From the IMG/VR virus record IMGVR_UViG_3300050138_000232, positions 1-60,365 of that record: a stretch of DNA of 60,365 bases. One strand, given 5' to 3'. Made by a program: the position numbers and the translations under genes. Source of the stretch: a virus (lineage: Duplodnaviria > Caudoviricetes). The notes beneath the pieces were generated by a model. The model searched no databases, was not told the DNA's origin, and was given only the letters and a program-made list of their open reading frames with translations. Positions 9,604 to 17,928 of the stretch are shown here, in pieces (positions within the stretch are counted from its first letter, which is position 1; every line of letters begins with the position of its first letter).

Positions 9604-9821
9604 TAGCGTCCAGCTTAACCTCTTATGACTTCCGCAACTGGCGCCTGAAGATGGGGTACGGACATAAGCTCTGCGCGAAGAGTCTTGGTATATCTATCAG
9701 CAGCGTTTTCGCTTACGAGTCCGGACGGCGTAAGGAAGGCGACGTGAAGATCCCTATAACCGTCGCTCTGGCGATGTCCGCGCTTGAACATGATCTTAAA
9801 CCTTATGGAGAACACTTATGA
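9600..9821 (+). CDS. XRE-family HTH protein
   Basis: F..WR..MG.....A..LG....V..YESG.R...IP..VALA; ATGA overlap. Confidence 0.8.
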   Translation: MIASSLTSYDFRNWRLKMGYGHKLCAKSLGISISSVFAYESGRRKEGDVKIPITVALAMSALEHDLKPYGEHL

Positions 9822-10147
9822 TTACAATTATTCCTGTCAAGAATGCCAGTATTCCTTCTCACAAGGAGGACTTTCTTAAAAGCGTCAAGGCTCAGGCTTC
9901 GTCTGAAGACGCGTATGAGATTGTCGAAGATGGCGTAATATCCGCAGACAGCAAGATTCAGATATATCTCCCGGACGATTGTTTGATATTGGCGAACTCG
10001 TGGGACAAGTATATTAATTACGCCATCGAGCACGGTGGAGCGATCGACGAGGCATTTGTCATTCGCCGTCTCGGGTTAATCGCCCGCACGGATAATGGTA
10101 TATTTCCGGGTATCGATATAAAATTGTCAGCAAATTCCACACAGTAG
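9818..10147 (+). CDS. Hypothetical protein, possibly a reduced GT-A-like fragment
   Basis: ITIIP start and PDD....WD resemble GT2 elements; weak. Confidence 0.5.
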   Translation: MITIIPVKNASIPSHKEDFLKSVKAQASSEDAYEIVEDGVISADSKIQIYLPDDCLILANSWDKYINYAIEHGGAIDEAFVIRRLGLIARTDNGIFPGIDIKLSANSTQ

Positions 10148-10159
10148 GTATTTTAATAT

Positions 10160-10189
10160 ATTGTCCCCCTAGTGGTAGTTTGCTATGCT
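10160..10189 (+). promoter_or_regulatory. Promoter TTGTCC-17-TATGCT with Box A (10160..10180) over -35 and spacer
   Basis: Extended -10 TG; ATG at 10198 without SD; CCCCCTAGTGGTAGTT identical to the 59589 site. Confidence 0.7.
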
Positions 10190-10197
10190 GTTATCCC

Positions 10198-10422
10198 ATG
10201 ACAACCAAAACAAGCAAGGCTTTCAACTCGTGGCGCAGACGTCTGGGATTAACTCAGACAGAGGCAGCGAAAGCATTGGGTATGGGGAGAAACACAGTCG
10301 CAGTGTACGATTTAGGAAAGCGATGGGACGGTGAAGGGGATATACCGAGGGATATAGAAGTACCACTGGTCGTCTTACTCGCCTGCACTGCCGTTGAACA
10401 AAACCTGCAACCGGTAAGGTGA
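10198..10422 (+). CDS. XRE-family HTH regulator (paralog of 9600..9821)
   Basis: F..WR.RLGLTQ.EAAKALG....V..YD.G.R...VP..V.LAC. Confidence 0.85.
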   Translation: MTTKTSKAFNSWRRRLGLTQTEAAKALGMGRNTVAVYDLGKRWDGEGDIPRDIEVPLVVLLACTAVEQNLQPVR

Positions 10423-10423
10423 T

Positions 10424-10630
10424 ATGCTTGTAAAATTAGGCGGAGTCTGGGTAGACCCTAGAATTATTGGCTACATGAATCCAACGCTCGGGTCGGTAGC
10501 TGTTTCGACAAGCCTCGGCTCTTTCGTTGCGCACGGAGTTGCTGACGAGTTTGCTGAAATAGTAAATAACGCCCTCAACCAGCAGAGTTTTGGAGGGGAA
10601 GTTGAAGCCGAAGAACCCGCTACCCCTTAA
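10424..10630 (+). CDS. Hypothetical protein
   Basis: SD AAGGTGA, tight packing. Confidence 0.65.
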   Translation: MLVKLGGVWVDPRIIGYMNPTLGSVAVSTSLGSFVAHGVADEFAEIVNNALNQQSFGGEVEAEEPATP

Positions 10631-10928
10631 GATAAATCTTGGTTATCAGGATATAAGCATCGTCCCTTACGAGTTTATTAACAACGAGCAGGGCGCTTAT
10701 TCGTCTGACAGTAGCGAGATCCGTATTCAGAAAGACATGAGTCCTGTCGAGACGTTGAACACAATGTTGCACGAGTGCTTGCATGCCTGTGTATATGTCT
10801 ACGGATTGAAGGAAGAATTCAAAGACGATGAGCATGAAGAGAAGGTGATCAACGCTTTGGGTAATGCAATGACTGAATTGTTCAGGCGCAATCCTAAGAT
10901 GATCGGTTGGATTGGGGAGCAGATCTGA
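10602..10928 (+). CDS. Small HExxH zinc metallopeptidase-like phage protein
   Basis: TMLHECLHA followed by EEK; TTG start after GGAGGGG. Confidence 0.75.
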   Translation: MKPKNPLPLKINLGYQDISIVPYEFINNEQGAYSSDSSEIRIQKDMSPVETLNTMLHECLHACVYVYGLKEEFKDDEHEEKVINALGNAMTELFRRNPKMIGWIGEQI

Positions 10929-12811
10929 TGGCTCTTATAAAACAAGAATGGGTTCCCTTATTCCGTGAATTTATTCGTTATATACGGATTAACTCAAAGG
11001 AAGTCCAAGCTGTCGACAAGTTGGGAGCACCTTTAGTTCTATGGCCATCGCAAGAATTAGCTTTAAAAACAATCGTACATGGTCTTGAACGCGACATTCA
11101 CACCTTTATGTTTGGGAAAGCAAGACAGCAGGGAATTAGCACATTCTTTGAAGTGCTCGACATATTCTGGCTGGCAACTCACGATAGTATGATGGGCGCT
11201 TATGTTATCGATAAGGATAAGAACTTACCGGCTATACGAGATAAAATAAAAAGATACTTTAATTCGTTTCCGTTAGGGTTCTTTGGAAAGAAATTTAGAA
11301 TCGAAAGCAACAATAAAGATTTTATGCTTTTTAGTAATGGAAGTAGGCTTGACTTTCTCACCGCAGGCGTCGGTAAGAAAGAGACGCATTGGGGGGAAGG
11401 AAAAGGTTATATAAGTGCACACCTCACTGAGGTGGCTAAATACGGCAATGCTGAAGGACTGGCTTCTTTCAGAGCGACTCTTTCAGAGACTCATCCAGAC
11501 AGACTCGCTATTTATGAATCGACTTCGAATGGCATGAATCATTGGCGTGAAATGGCTCAAGAATTTGATGAGGACGAATTCAGAAAATGTAAGACGTTCA
11601 TAGGTTTTTGGGGGAATCCGAATAACGCGATTAAGAAAGGTTCTCCTGCGTATCAGGTGTTTGGTACTGCTGAACCTGATCACGTAGAGCAGGAACTTAT
11701 CGATAAGGTGAAAGACGATTACGGATTTAAAGTTTCAAGAGAACAACTCGCTTGGTATCGTCAAGAACATAGAAGCAGCAATAGTTTAGAATCTCTTCAC
11801 CAGAACTATCCTTGGACCATCGAAGAATCATTTGTCGCAACTGGGCACTCGTTCTTCCAAATGGGGATTCTCCAAGAGGAATTCGAGAAATGCCGACTCA
11901 TTCCGTTCAAGGCTTATAAATATATTATCGGCAACGACTTCTGGTCAGTCGTGTGCGAACCGATTACCGATGAGAACCGCGCCGGAGAAATAACCCTTCG
12001 CGTATGGGAAGAACCGGTCGAAGATGCAGTGTATGTCATCGGTTGCGATCCTGCGCACGGACGCGACGAGCTCAATGATCGACATGCAATTACCGTCATG
12101 CGCTGCTTCGGCGACAAGATGCTGCAGGTCGCTGAGTATGCGGATAACGAGACCGGCACACGGCAAGCGGCTTGGGTACTCTCTCATCTCGCAGGCGCCT
12201 ATAAAAACTGCGTGGTCAATGTTGAAGCCGCTCCGGGCCCGGGCGGCGTCATCATGAACGAACTGGAAAATCTCCGCGAGCGTATGAATATCGACCCTCA
12301 GTTCGACGCAACCACAGGACGTAACGCCAACTGGGACGACTTCTTAAGCACGGCGCGTTGGTATATCTATAAGAAGCCCGATCACTTTGCCCCCGGATTT
12401 GTTAAAGGTTGGGAAAGTAATTTCAAAACCAAAGTGCAGATCATGGAGCAGCTCCGTGACAAATTCGTAACTGGTTGTATTATAATACAAAGCAAGCCGC
12501 TTGTTGAAGAAATGATGGATGTCATACGCGACGGCGACTCGATTGGCGCCCCCGAATCGGCCAAAGACGATCGCGTCATAGCTCTAGCCTTGTGTAACAG
12601 GGCGTGGATCGATTCGTTAATGATGTCTTTGCTCGCGCAGGGAGAGACTTATGAGTCCTATTTAAGGACTGAGAACGGGGAACCGGTGGACAAATCGCTA
12701 AAATTCGTGAATAATATAGTTTCCACATTCTTCAAAAATGCCGAAGAAATGGCCGACACGCCTCAGATACCTGCTCATAAGCAGTGGTTATACGACAAAG
12801 GATTTATGTAG
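10928..12811 (+). CDS. terL: Terminase large subunit
   Basis: Walker A KARQQGIST, Walker B AHLTE, coupling ESTSNG, nuclease GCDP...VE...DDRVIA. Confidence 0.95.
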   Translation: MALIKQEWVPLFREFIRYIRINSKEVQAVDKLGAPLVLWPSQELALKTIVHGLERDIHTFMFGKARQQGISTFFEVLDIFWLATHDSMMGAYVIDKDKNLPAIRDKIKRYFNSFPLGFFGKKFRIESNNKDFMLFSNGSRLDFLTAGVGKKETHWGEGKGYISAHLTEVAKYGNAEGLASFRATLSETHPDRLAIYESTSNGMNHWREMAQEFDEDEFRKCKTFIGFWGNPNNAIKKGSPAYQVFGTAEPDHVEQELIDKVKDDYGFKVSREQLAWYRQEHRSSNSLESLHQNYPWTIEESFVATGHSFFQMGILQEEFEKCRLIPFKAYKYIIGNDFWSVVCEPITDENRAGEITLRVWEEPVEDAVYVIGCDPAHGRDELNDRHAITVMRCFGDKMLQVAEYADNETGTRQAAWVLSHLAGAYKNCVVNVEAAPGPGGVIMNELENLRERMNIDPQFDATTGRNANWDDFLSTARWYIYKKPDHFAPGFVKGWESNFKTKVQIMEQLRDKFVTGCIIIQSKPLVEEMMDVIRDGDSIGAPESAKDDRVIALALCNRAWIDSLMMSLLAQGETYESYLRTENGEPVDKSLKFVNNIVSTFFKNAEEMADTPQIPAHKQWLYDKGFM

Positions 12812-12820
12812 GAGATTGTT

Positions 12821-13339
12821 ATGGCAGGACCAGGAAGACCTAAGAAACACCCCGCAGCAGACTTGCATTTCCAACCAGCTTCAACAGAGGAGCCGATGGT
12901 CGCAGTAGAAGAAAACCCTACGACTGCCCCATCTGCAGAAATCCAGGAGAACCCAGAAGTCTCTACGAATTCTATGCACTATGGGGATGTTCAGTCAGAT
13001 GCTCAGAGTGTGGACATGACAACGATCTCTCCTATAGAGGAGAAAATCCAACAATTAATTGAAGAGAGTCGTCCTGTCGAAAACGTCATTGATCATATCG
13101 ATGAGAACGGCTGGCATATCGTAGACACGGAGATTGTGATCCAGATTCCTCCTCGCAACGGGACGCCTATCAGAGTGTCGGAAACTGTAACTGGAGAAGG
13201 CATCCTTGCTTTCTGGAGACGAACAAGAGCATTCGCTAATGCTACACGCAGATGGTCAGACAGCGGTAAATGGGTAGATTTTTCAACAGGTTTAGATTTA
13301 AAATTCGTTCCTAAATATTGGAAACCCCGTCATGTATAA
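12821..13339 (+). CDS. Hypothetical protein (N-terminal GRPKK AT-hook-like motif, acidic linker)
   Basis: SD AGGAG; long ORF. Confidence 0.75.
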   Translation: MAGPGRPKKHPAADLHFQPASTEEPMVAVEENPTTAPSAEIQENPEVSTNSMHYGDVQSDAQSVDMTTISPIEEKIQQLIEESRPVENVIDHIDENGWHIVDTEIVIQIPPRNGTPIRVSETVTGEGILAFWRRTRAFANATRRWSDSGKWVDFSTGLDLKFVPKYWKPRHV

Positions 13340-13895
13340 AAGTTCGTATCGCTGTTCCGATTGTAAATATCAGTTCGAAAAGATTACAAAAAATCTTCCA
13401 AAGAAGGAGCCTAATTGCCCTAAATGTAAGAAAATGAACCGCGTTAATTTCAAGAGCTCTGTTTCAGACAAGACGCATCCTATGAAGCAGGAACCTGAGT
13501 TTTTCGTCGGGGGTACTCCTGATAATCCCAAACAATCCTGTAGTGTCGGAGGAGCATCGAACTTCAACAAAGCGTGGGACATGACGCAGGAGATGGTGGC
13601 TCAGGATTACCAGCTTACTGATTTAAACACTAATCTTCGCACCGGCGACAACATGGTGCCGAAGCTCCGTCCGGACTTGGAGACAAAGGTTGATTCGGTA
13701 TTCGCTGCTCAGAAGCCGGTTATGGGGCAAGACTTGTCCGCTACGTTAAACAAGAATCTGACTCGCCAGATAAATGCAGGAGCCTTTAAAAACTACGGCG
13801 GATCCGGCGATGTCGTAGCTCGCCAGCAAAATAGCGGGTTTAAACCGACTACAAATATCATCATGGAACACAATAAAGGCGATAAGTTAAATTGA
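13332..13895 (+). CDS. FmdB-like zinc-ribbon protein
   Basis: Y.C..C...FE...CPKC at N-terminus; between TerL and portal. Confidence 0.75.
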   Translation: MYKSSYRCSDCKYQFEKITKNLPKKEPNCPKCKKMNRVNFKSSVSDKTHPMKQEPEFFVGGTPDNPKQSCSVGGASNFNKAWDMTQEMVAQDYQLTDLNTNLRTGDNMVPKLRPDLETKVDSVFAAQKPVMGQDLSATLNKNLTRQINAGAFKNYGGSGDVVARQQNSGFKPTTNIIMEHNKGDKLN

Positions 13896-15724
13896 AAATA
13901 CCTGGCAAAAACGTCGGCGCATTCGCTAAAGAGGTCTTGGACCAATGCACGGCGTCGAAACCGGAACGACTACAACGGGGTAGTACATTCAGAAATATTT
14001 ATCTCACAGGTTCTGAACAAGGTGAAGCGTCACCGTATAACGAAGTATTTGCATTTATTGATAATTTAGGTTCTTTTCTCTATAGCGCTGTCGAACTGAA
14101 ATTCAATATTGACTGCTATGGATCGGCAAGCGTTGCTGATCGCGCCAAGATGCGAGCCGCGTCTTCTGAGTTTTACAAACAGTTCCGTCGCAGTAACACC
14201 GACACCTTACTGGAATCGGCTGTGACATGGGGATTGGTCAAGGGAAAAACCTTTATAAAGAACGCATGGACGTCGCAAGGCTTCAAAGACGTGATGATTC
14301 AGCCTGAAATGATGGGTGTTTTAGAGGAGAATCTTGATCATTTAGACGATCAGGACGCGTTCAGTCATACAACATATCTGACTCCGAACAAATTATACCG
14401 CATGCTGCGTACCAACCCTGGACGCGAAGAAATCATGCGAAAAGCGATGAAATACTCGATTCAGGGCAATAAAGGTGATGATCCTGAGCATGAGAACACC
14501 CTTCGACAGATCGTTGTCGGCGGTCTCCAGCCTTACAACATGATCGGTCAGCAGGCGTCTACGGCTCGCGGGCAGGTAAGATGGCTCGACGCGCCTGGTC
14601 CGCAGTTTGCTCCTGAAGTGATGGAGAGTTTAATCCCTATCCACGAACTATGGATTTGGGATGATGAACGGGATAATGAAAAAGACGGGCTCGACGGCGA
14701 GTATACTACCATCCAATTTATCGGGCAGGACGTTGTACTCGCTGGCGAACTCACACACCGCAATCTATTCGCCGATCAATACGAGCCTCAGAATAAAGAA
14801 AAGAAAAAGGAACCGTCTATACATAATCCTCTCGCAGGACATCATCCGTTCATAGAGATATGTCCGAATCCTCTTGATGGTTATTTCTGGGGACGGTCGG
14901 AGTTATGCAACGTTGCTCTTTTGCAGAAATATATCAACGCTCGTGTTGAAGGTATCAACCAGATGCTCCGGCGCCAGGAAGATCCTCCAAAATTCTTCAC
15001 AGGCGTGAGCGGTATAAAACAAGCTGCGTATAGCATGATAAAAAAAGCTGGCGGCTACATGACCGATTCGAATCCGAATGCGAAAGTTGTAGATCTGGCA
15101 CCGGCGCTCCCTGAAGGTTTGTGGGAATCACTGCACGAGTTCCAGGCGATGTTCGATCGCATGGCGGGATTCACAGCAACGATGAGCGGACGTGGCGATA
15201 AAGGAGTTCGTTCAGGTTCTCATTCTGACGCGCTAACTCGCAACGCTTCCCCGCGTTTTAAAGACAGAGCACTTTTAGTCGAACGACAGCTCGAAAACCT
15301 CGGCGCGTTGAAACTAGATATGCTTAAAGCGCATGTCGCTTATCCAATAACCGCGTGGGTAGGGAAAAAAGACGGGGGTATTCAAGGTAGCCTCCCTCCA
15401 AGCGATCCCACGGAACAGGCTCCTGCCCCCGGCATGGTCCCGATGGAATTCACATTCTATGACCTACCGGAAAACTGCAAAGTCGTTGTAGATAGCCATT
15501 CGAGCAGTCCTGCATTCGGCGAAGAAACTCGCCACTTGATGTTCGACTTGTTCAAAGTTGGTGCTGTTAAACCTGAACGGTTAGTCGAACATCTGCATCC
15601 CCCCGGAGCAGACGAGATGATCCAGGACATTGAAAGAGCGGCAGCAGAAAAAGCGGCGTTTGCAGCAGCACATCCTGAGTTGGCAGTAGAAGCCGAAGCT
15701 AAAGGCAAAAAGAAGAAACACTAG
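13892..15724 (+). CDS. Portal (head-tail connector) protein
   Basis: 610 aa after TerL; HPF......GYFWG.S.....LQ..IN pattern of podoviral portals. Confidence 0.85.
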   Translation: MKIPGKNVGAFAKEVLDQCTASKPERLQRGSTFRNIYLTGSEQGEASPYNEVFAFIDNLGSFLYSAVELKFNIDCYGSASVADRAKMRAASSEFYKQFRRSNTDTLLESAVTWGLVKGKTFIKNAWTSQGFKDVMIQPEMMGVLEENLDHLDDQDAFSHTTYLTPNKLYRMLRTNPGREEIMRKAMKYSIQGNKGDDPEHENTLRQIVVGGLQPYNMIGQQASTARGQVRWLDAPGPQFAPEVMESLIPIHELWIWDDERDNEKDGLDGEYTTIQFIGQDVVLAGELTHRNLFADQYEPQNKEKKKEPSIHNPLAGHHPFIEICPNPLDGYFWGRSELCNVALLQKYINARVEGINQMLRRQEDPPKFFTGVSGIKQAAYSMIKKAGGYMTDSNPNAKVVDLAPALPEGLWESLHEFQAMFDRMAGFTATMSGRGDKGVRSGSHSDALTRNASPRFKDRALLVERQLENLGALKLDMLKAHVAYPITAWVGKKDGGIQGSLPPSDPTEQAPAPGMVPMEFTFYDLPENCKVVVDSHSSSPAFGEETRHLMFDLFKVGAVKPERLVEHLHPPGADEMIQDIERAAAEKAAFAAAHPELAVEAEAKGKKKKH

Positions 15725-16248
15725 AGCCAACCCCAAGCTTCTCCTCGATGAATCTGACTTATAGCACCTCTGGTTACTTTGAATTTTTCAGCAACTACTC
15801 TGTGAGAATGACCTTCTCTAATCATCTCTCTTATTTCTAATATTTTGCAGTCATCTAGTTTCGAGTTTGGATGTTTGGTTCCTCTTAGAGTTCTTCCGTG
15901 TCTTACAGAATCTTCGCCGTTTTCTTTCAGCGTTCCCCATCTCAGATTAGAAACTTTGTTGTTAGCAGGGTTCCCGTCCGAGTGTAAAACATACGGCTTA
16001 TTCGCAGGCTGATGACTAATGAAGTTTTCTGCAACAAGTCTGTGTATAAGATATAATTTTGGCTTCGAGTCCTTAGTTAGATTGACAAGCAGATGCCCGT
16101 ATTTTCCACATTTCTTAAGACTAAGAATCTTCTTATGATTTCTGATTTTGCCGAAAGAAGATATATCATAGATACTTTCGTATCCAATAAGAGGTCGCCA
16201 TTGCTCATTGATGTTATTATGTAAAGCGGATATTATTTCAGAAGTCAT
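15721..16248 (-). CDS. NUMOD4-HNH homing endonuclease with C-terminal HTH, antisense to morphogenesis operon
   Basis: EQWRP..GYE..Y.ISS.G (NUMOD4); HRLVA..F...H.DGNP.NN...NLRW. Confidence 0.92.
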   Translation of the reverse strand: MTSEIISALHNNINEQWRPLIGYESIYDISSFGKIRNHKKILSLKKCGKYGHLLVNLTKDSKPKLYLIHRLVAENFISHQPANKPYVLHSDGNPANNKVSNLRWGTLKENGEDSVRHGRTLRGTKHPNSKLDDCKILEIREMIREGHSHRVVAEKFKVTRGAISQIHRGEAWGWL

Positions 16249-16275
16249 GATCGTACTCCAATACGTTTGTGATTA

Positions 16276-16310
16276 GAAAGGTCAGATGCGCTGAAACGCT
16301 CTGGCCTTTT
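16276..16310 (+). terminator. Hairpin with U-tract downstream of portal/HNH
   Basis: AAAGGTCAGA...TCTGGCCTTTT. Confidence 0.6.
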
Positions 16311-16353
16311 GCAATTTATATGTCTATGCGTCCAAAATCAATACTGAAAGTAT

Positions 16354-16394
16354 AACTACCCCCACGTAGTCATAACTACCCCTACGGGGTACAA
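16354..16394. promoter_or_regulatory. Box A half-site (16354) plus full site (16374..16394)
   Basis: ATAACTACCCC repeated 20 bp apart; second copy AACTACCCCTACGGGGTACAA. Confidence 0.75.
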
Positions 16395-16403
16395 CTGGTT
16401 GAT

Positions 16404-16437
16404 TTGCTTTACTTTTTTATTGTTTTTATTATAGAAT
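16404..16437 (+). promoter_or_regulatory. Sigma70-like promoter for head genes (TTGCTT-17-TATTAT or TTTACT-18-TAGAAT)
   Basis: AT-rich intergenic sequence directly downstream of Box A. Confidence 0.55.
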
Positions 16438-16454
16438 GCCGATATATTGACAAT

Positions 16455-16544
16455 GCGATTGAGGTTCTCAATCGCCTGACCGTGCAGACCACGGTTCGGA
16501 ATGCGGGATGGTACTGACTTCTCCTGCATCTCATAACGGAGATG
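16455..16544 (+). ncRNA. Structured RNA leader: three consecutive hairpins plus alternative SD-sequestering stem
   Basis: GCGATTGAG/CTCAATCGC, GACCGTG/CACGGTT, ATGCGGGA/TCCTGCAT, CATCTC/GAGATG. Confidence 0.5.
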
Positions 16545-16547
16545 AAA

Positions 16548-16601
16548 ATGAACGCCATGTTTCGTAAAGGCCGTAAAGGCAAGCGCAAAGGCCGTAAGTA
16601 G
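16548..16601 (+). CDS. 17-aa highly basic micropeptide MNAMFRKGRKGKRKGRK
   Basis: GGAG SD 6 nt upstream; followed by a terminator hairpin; not in ORF track. Confidence 0.7.
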   Translation: MNAMFRKGRKGKRKGRK

Positions 16602-16624
16602 TTTTACTTACGCTTAAGCAAATA

Positions 16625-16652
16625 GACGGCAGGGCCAACGTCCTGCCGTTTC
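16625..16652 (+). terminator. Hairpin / weak intrinsic terminator
   Basis: GACGGCAGGGC-CAAC-GTCCTGCCGTT followed by TCTA. Confidence 0.6.
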
Positions 16653-16676
16653 TATACTAAAATTAAGGAATCGTTA

Positions 16677-17075
16677 ATGCCGATGAACATGCCGCCACCT
16701 GGAGGATTACCTTCGCCGATGACACAGGCACCAGCTAACGCTGGGGCAGCCTCGTCACCACAAGGCAATCAAGGCAACATTCACGCAGCGATGACTAAAA
16801 TTAAGAACGCGGTTCAAATGCTTGGCGAAGCTCTCCCCTTAATTCCGATGGGTACTGAAGAACATTCCAAGGTGGCAAAGGTCATAGCTGATCTTTCCAA
16901 AGGCTTGAGCAGCGCGATGACGAATAACCCGCAACTGGAAATGGCAGCAATGCAGCAGGCGATGAAAGCCAAAGCGCAGAGTGCTCCGATGGATGCGATG
17001 GCAAGGCAATTTTCAGCAGGACAGGGCGCGGGTCAACCGCCAGCTACGTCTCAACCACAACCCGAAGCAGCGTAG
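16677..17075 (+). CDS. Hypothetical head-region protein (Pro/Gln/Met/Ala-rich)
   Basis: SD AAGGA; position before scaffold. Confidence 0.75.
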   Translation: MPMNMPPPGGLPSPMTQAPANAGAASSPQGNQGNIHAAMTKIKNAVQMLGEALPLIPMGTEEHSKVAKVIADLSKGLSSAMTNNPQLEMAAMQQAMKAKAQSAPMDAMARQFSAGQGAGQPPATSQPQPEAA

Positions 17076-17084
17076 GAGATATTT

Positions 17085-17264
17085 ATGGCTGATAGTTCAA
17101 CAAGTAACTTTCCAAGGGCGTATGTAAATTCCGTACGTGAAAACGATCCGGTCGTTATTCGCGTCGATCAGGATAAAGGCGAGATAGGTTCTCGTTCGTC
17201 TGGTATGCCAAAGGATATCATGACGACCGGAATGAGCTTGTCGCACGTAGGCGGAAAGGTTTAA
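17085..17264 (+). CDS. Small hypothetical protein (59 aa, MADSSTSNFPRAY...)
   Basis: SD AGGAG; fills the gap exactly; below ORF-track cutoff. Confidence 0.75.
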   Translation: MADSSTSNFPRAYVNSVRENDPVVIRVDQDKGEIGSRSSGMPKDIMTTGMSLSHVGGKV

Positions 17265-17267
17265 TTT

Positions 17268-17912
17268 ATGACCGAAGAATTTATCGAAGTCCCCAAATCC
17301 CGAATCAAACAGCTTGAAAGCGTAGCTAGTCTCGCAGATGCTCTCTGGAACGATCCTAAAGTCGGCATGACGATTAAGGAACGTTATAAGGAGATGAATC
17401 CTAACGCTAATATCCCTGAAGTAGTCGTTGCTCAGTCCAGCCGTAAGGTTGAACAGGATCTTATCGCCAAGATCGAAGCTAAAGAAAAAGCTGTCGATGA
17501 CAAGATCAGTGCCTGGGAAAAGAAAAACGCGGATAAGGAAGCTGCTGACGAGAGCAAACAGGCTGAAGCGTCTTTCGCATCAGAGGTCGAAGCTACCAAA
17601 GCTAAATATAAGCTCACTCAGGAAGGCATGGAGAAAGTCTTTGCCCGCATGAAAGAGAAGAACAATCCTGACGTGGAAGCTGCAGCAGCATGGGTTACTG
17701 ATCATGAAGTTAAAGCTGCTCCTACCTCCGGATATAATGATTCTGCATTCAATCCTTATGGCTCAAAATCGGAAGATAAGAGTTGGGAACTTTTGAATAA
17801 GAATCCGTTCGATGGAAAATTCGCCGAACAGGAGATCAACCGTATCGCTCAGGACTTTGCTGGTGGTCGCGCCCATCTTTATGGGCCGAACGGCATGGGC
17901 GGCGAACTATAA
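17268..17912 (+). CDS. Putative capsid scaffolding protein
   Basis: Charged coiled-coil protein immediately upstream of the capsid gene. Confidence 0.7.
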   Translation: MTEEFIEVPKSRIKQLESVASLADALWNDPKVGMTIKERYKEMNPNANIPEVVVAQSSRKVEQDLIAKIEAKEKAVDDKISAWEKKNADKEAADESKQAEASFASEVEATKAKYKLTQEGMEKVFARMKEKNNPDVEAAAAWVTDHEVKAAPTSGYNDSAFNPYGSKSEDKSWELLNKNPFDGKFAEQEINRIAQDFAGGRAHLYGPNGMGGEL

Positions 17913-17928
17913 AACAGGAGAATAAACA

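Noticed and set aside
16455-16544. tRNA
   Set aside because: No closing acceptor stem or canonical D/T loops; kept only as a structured leader
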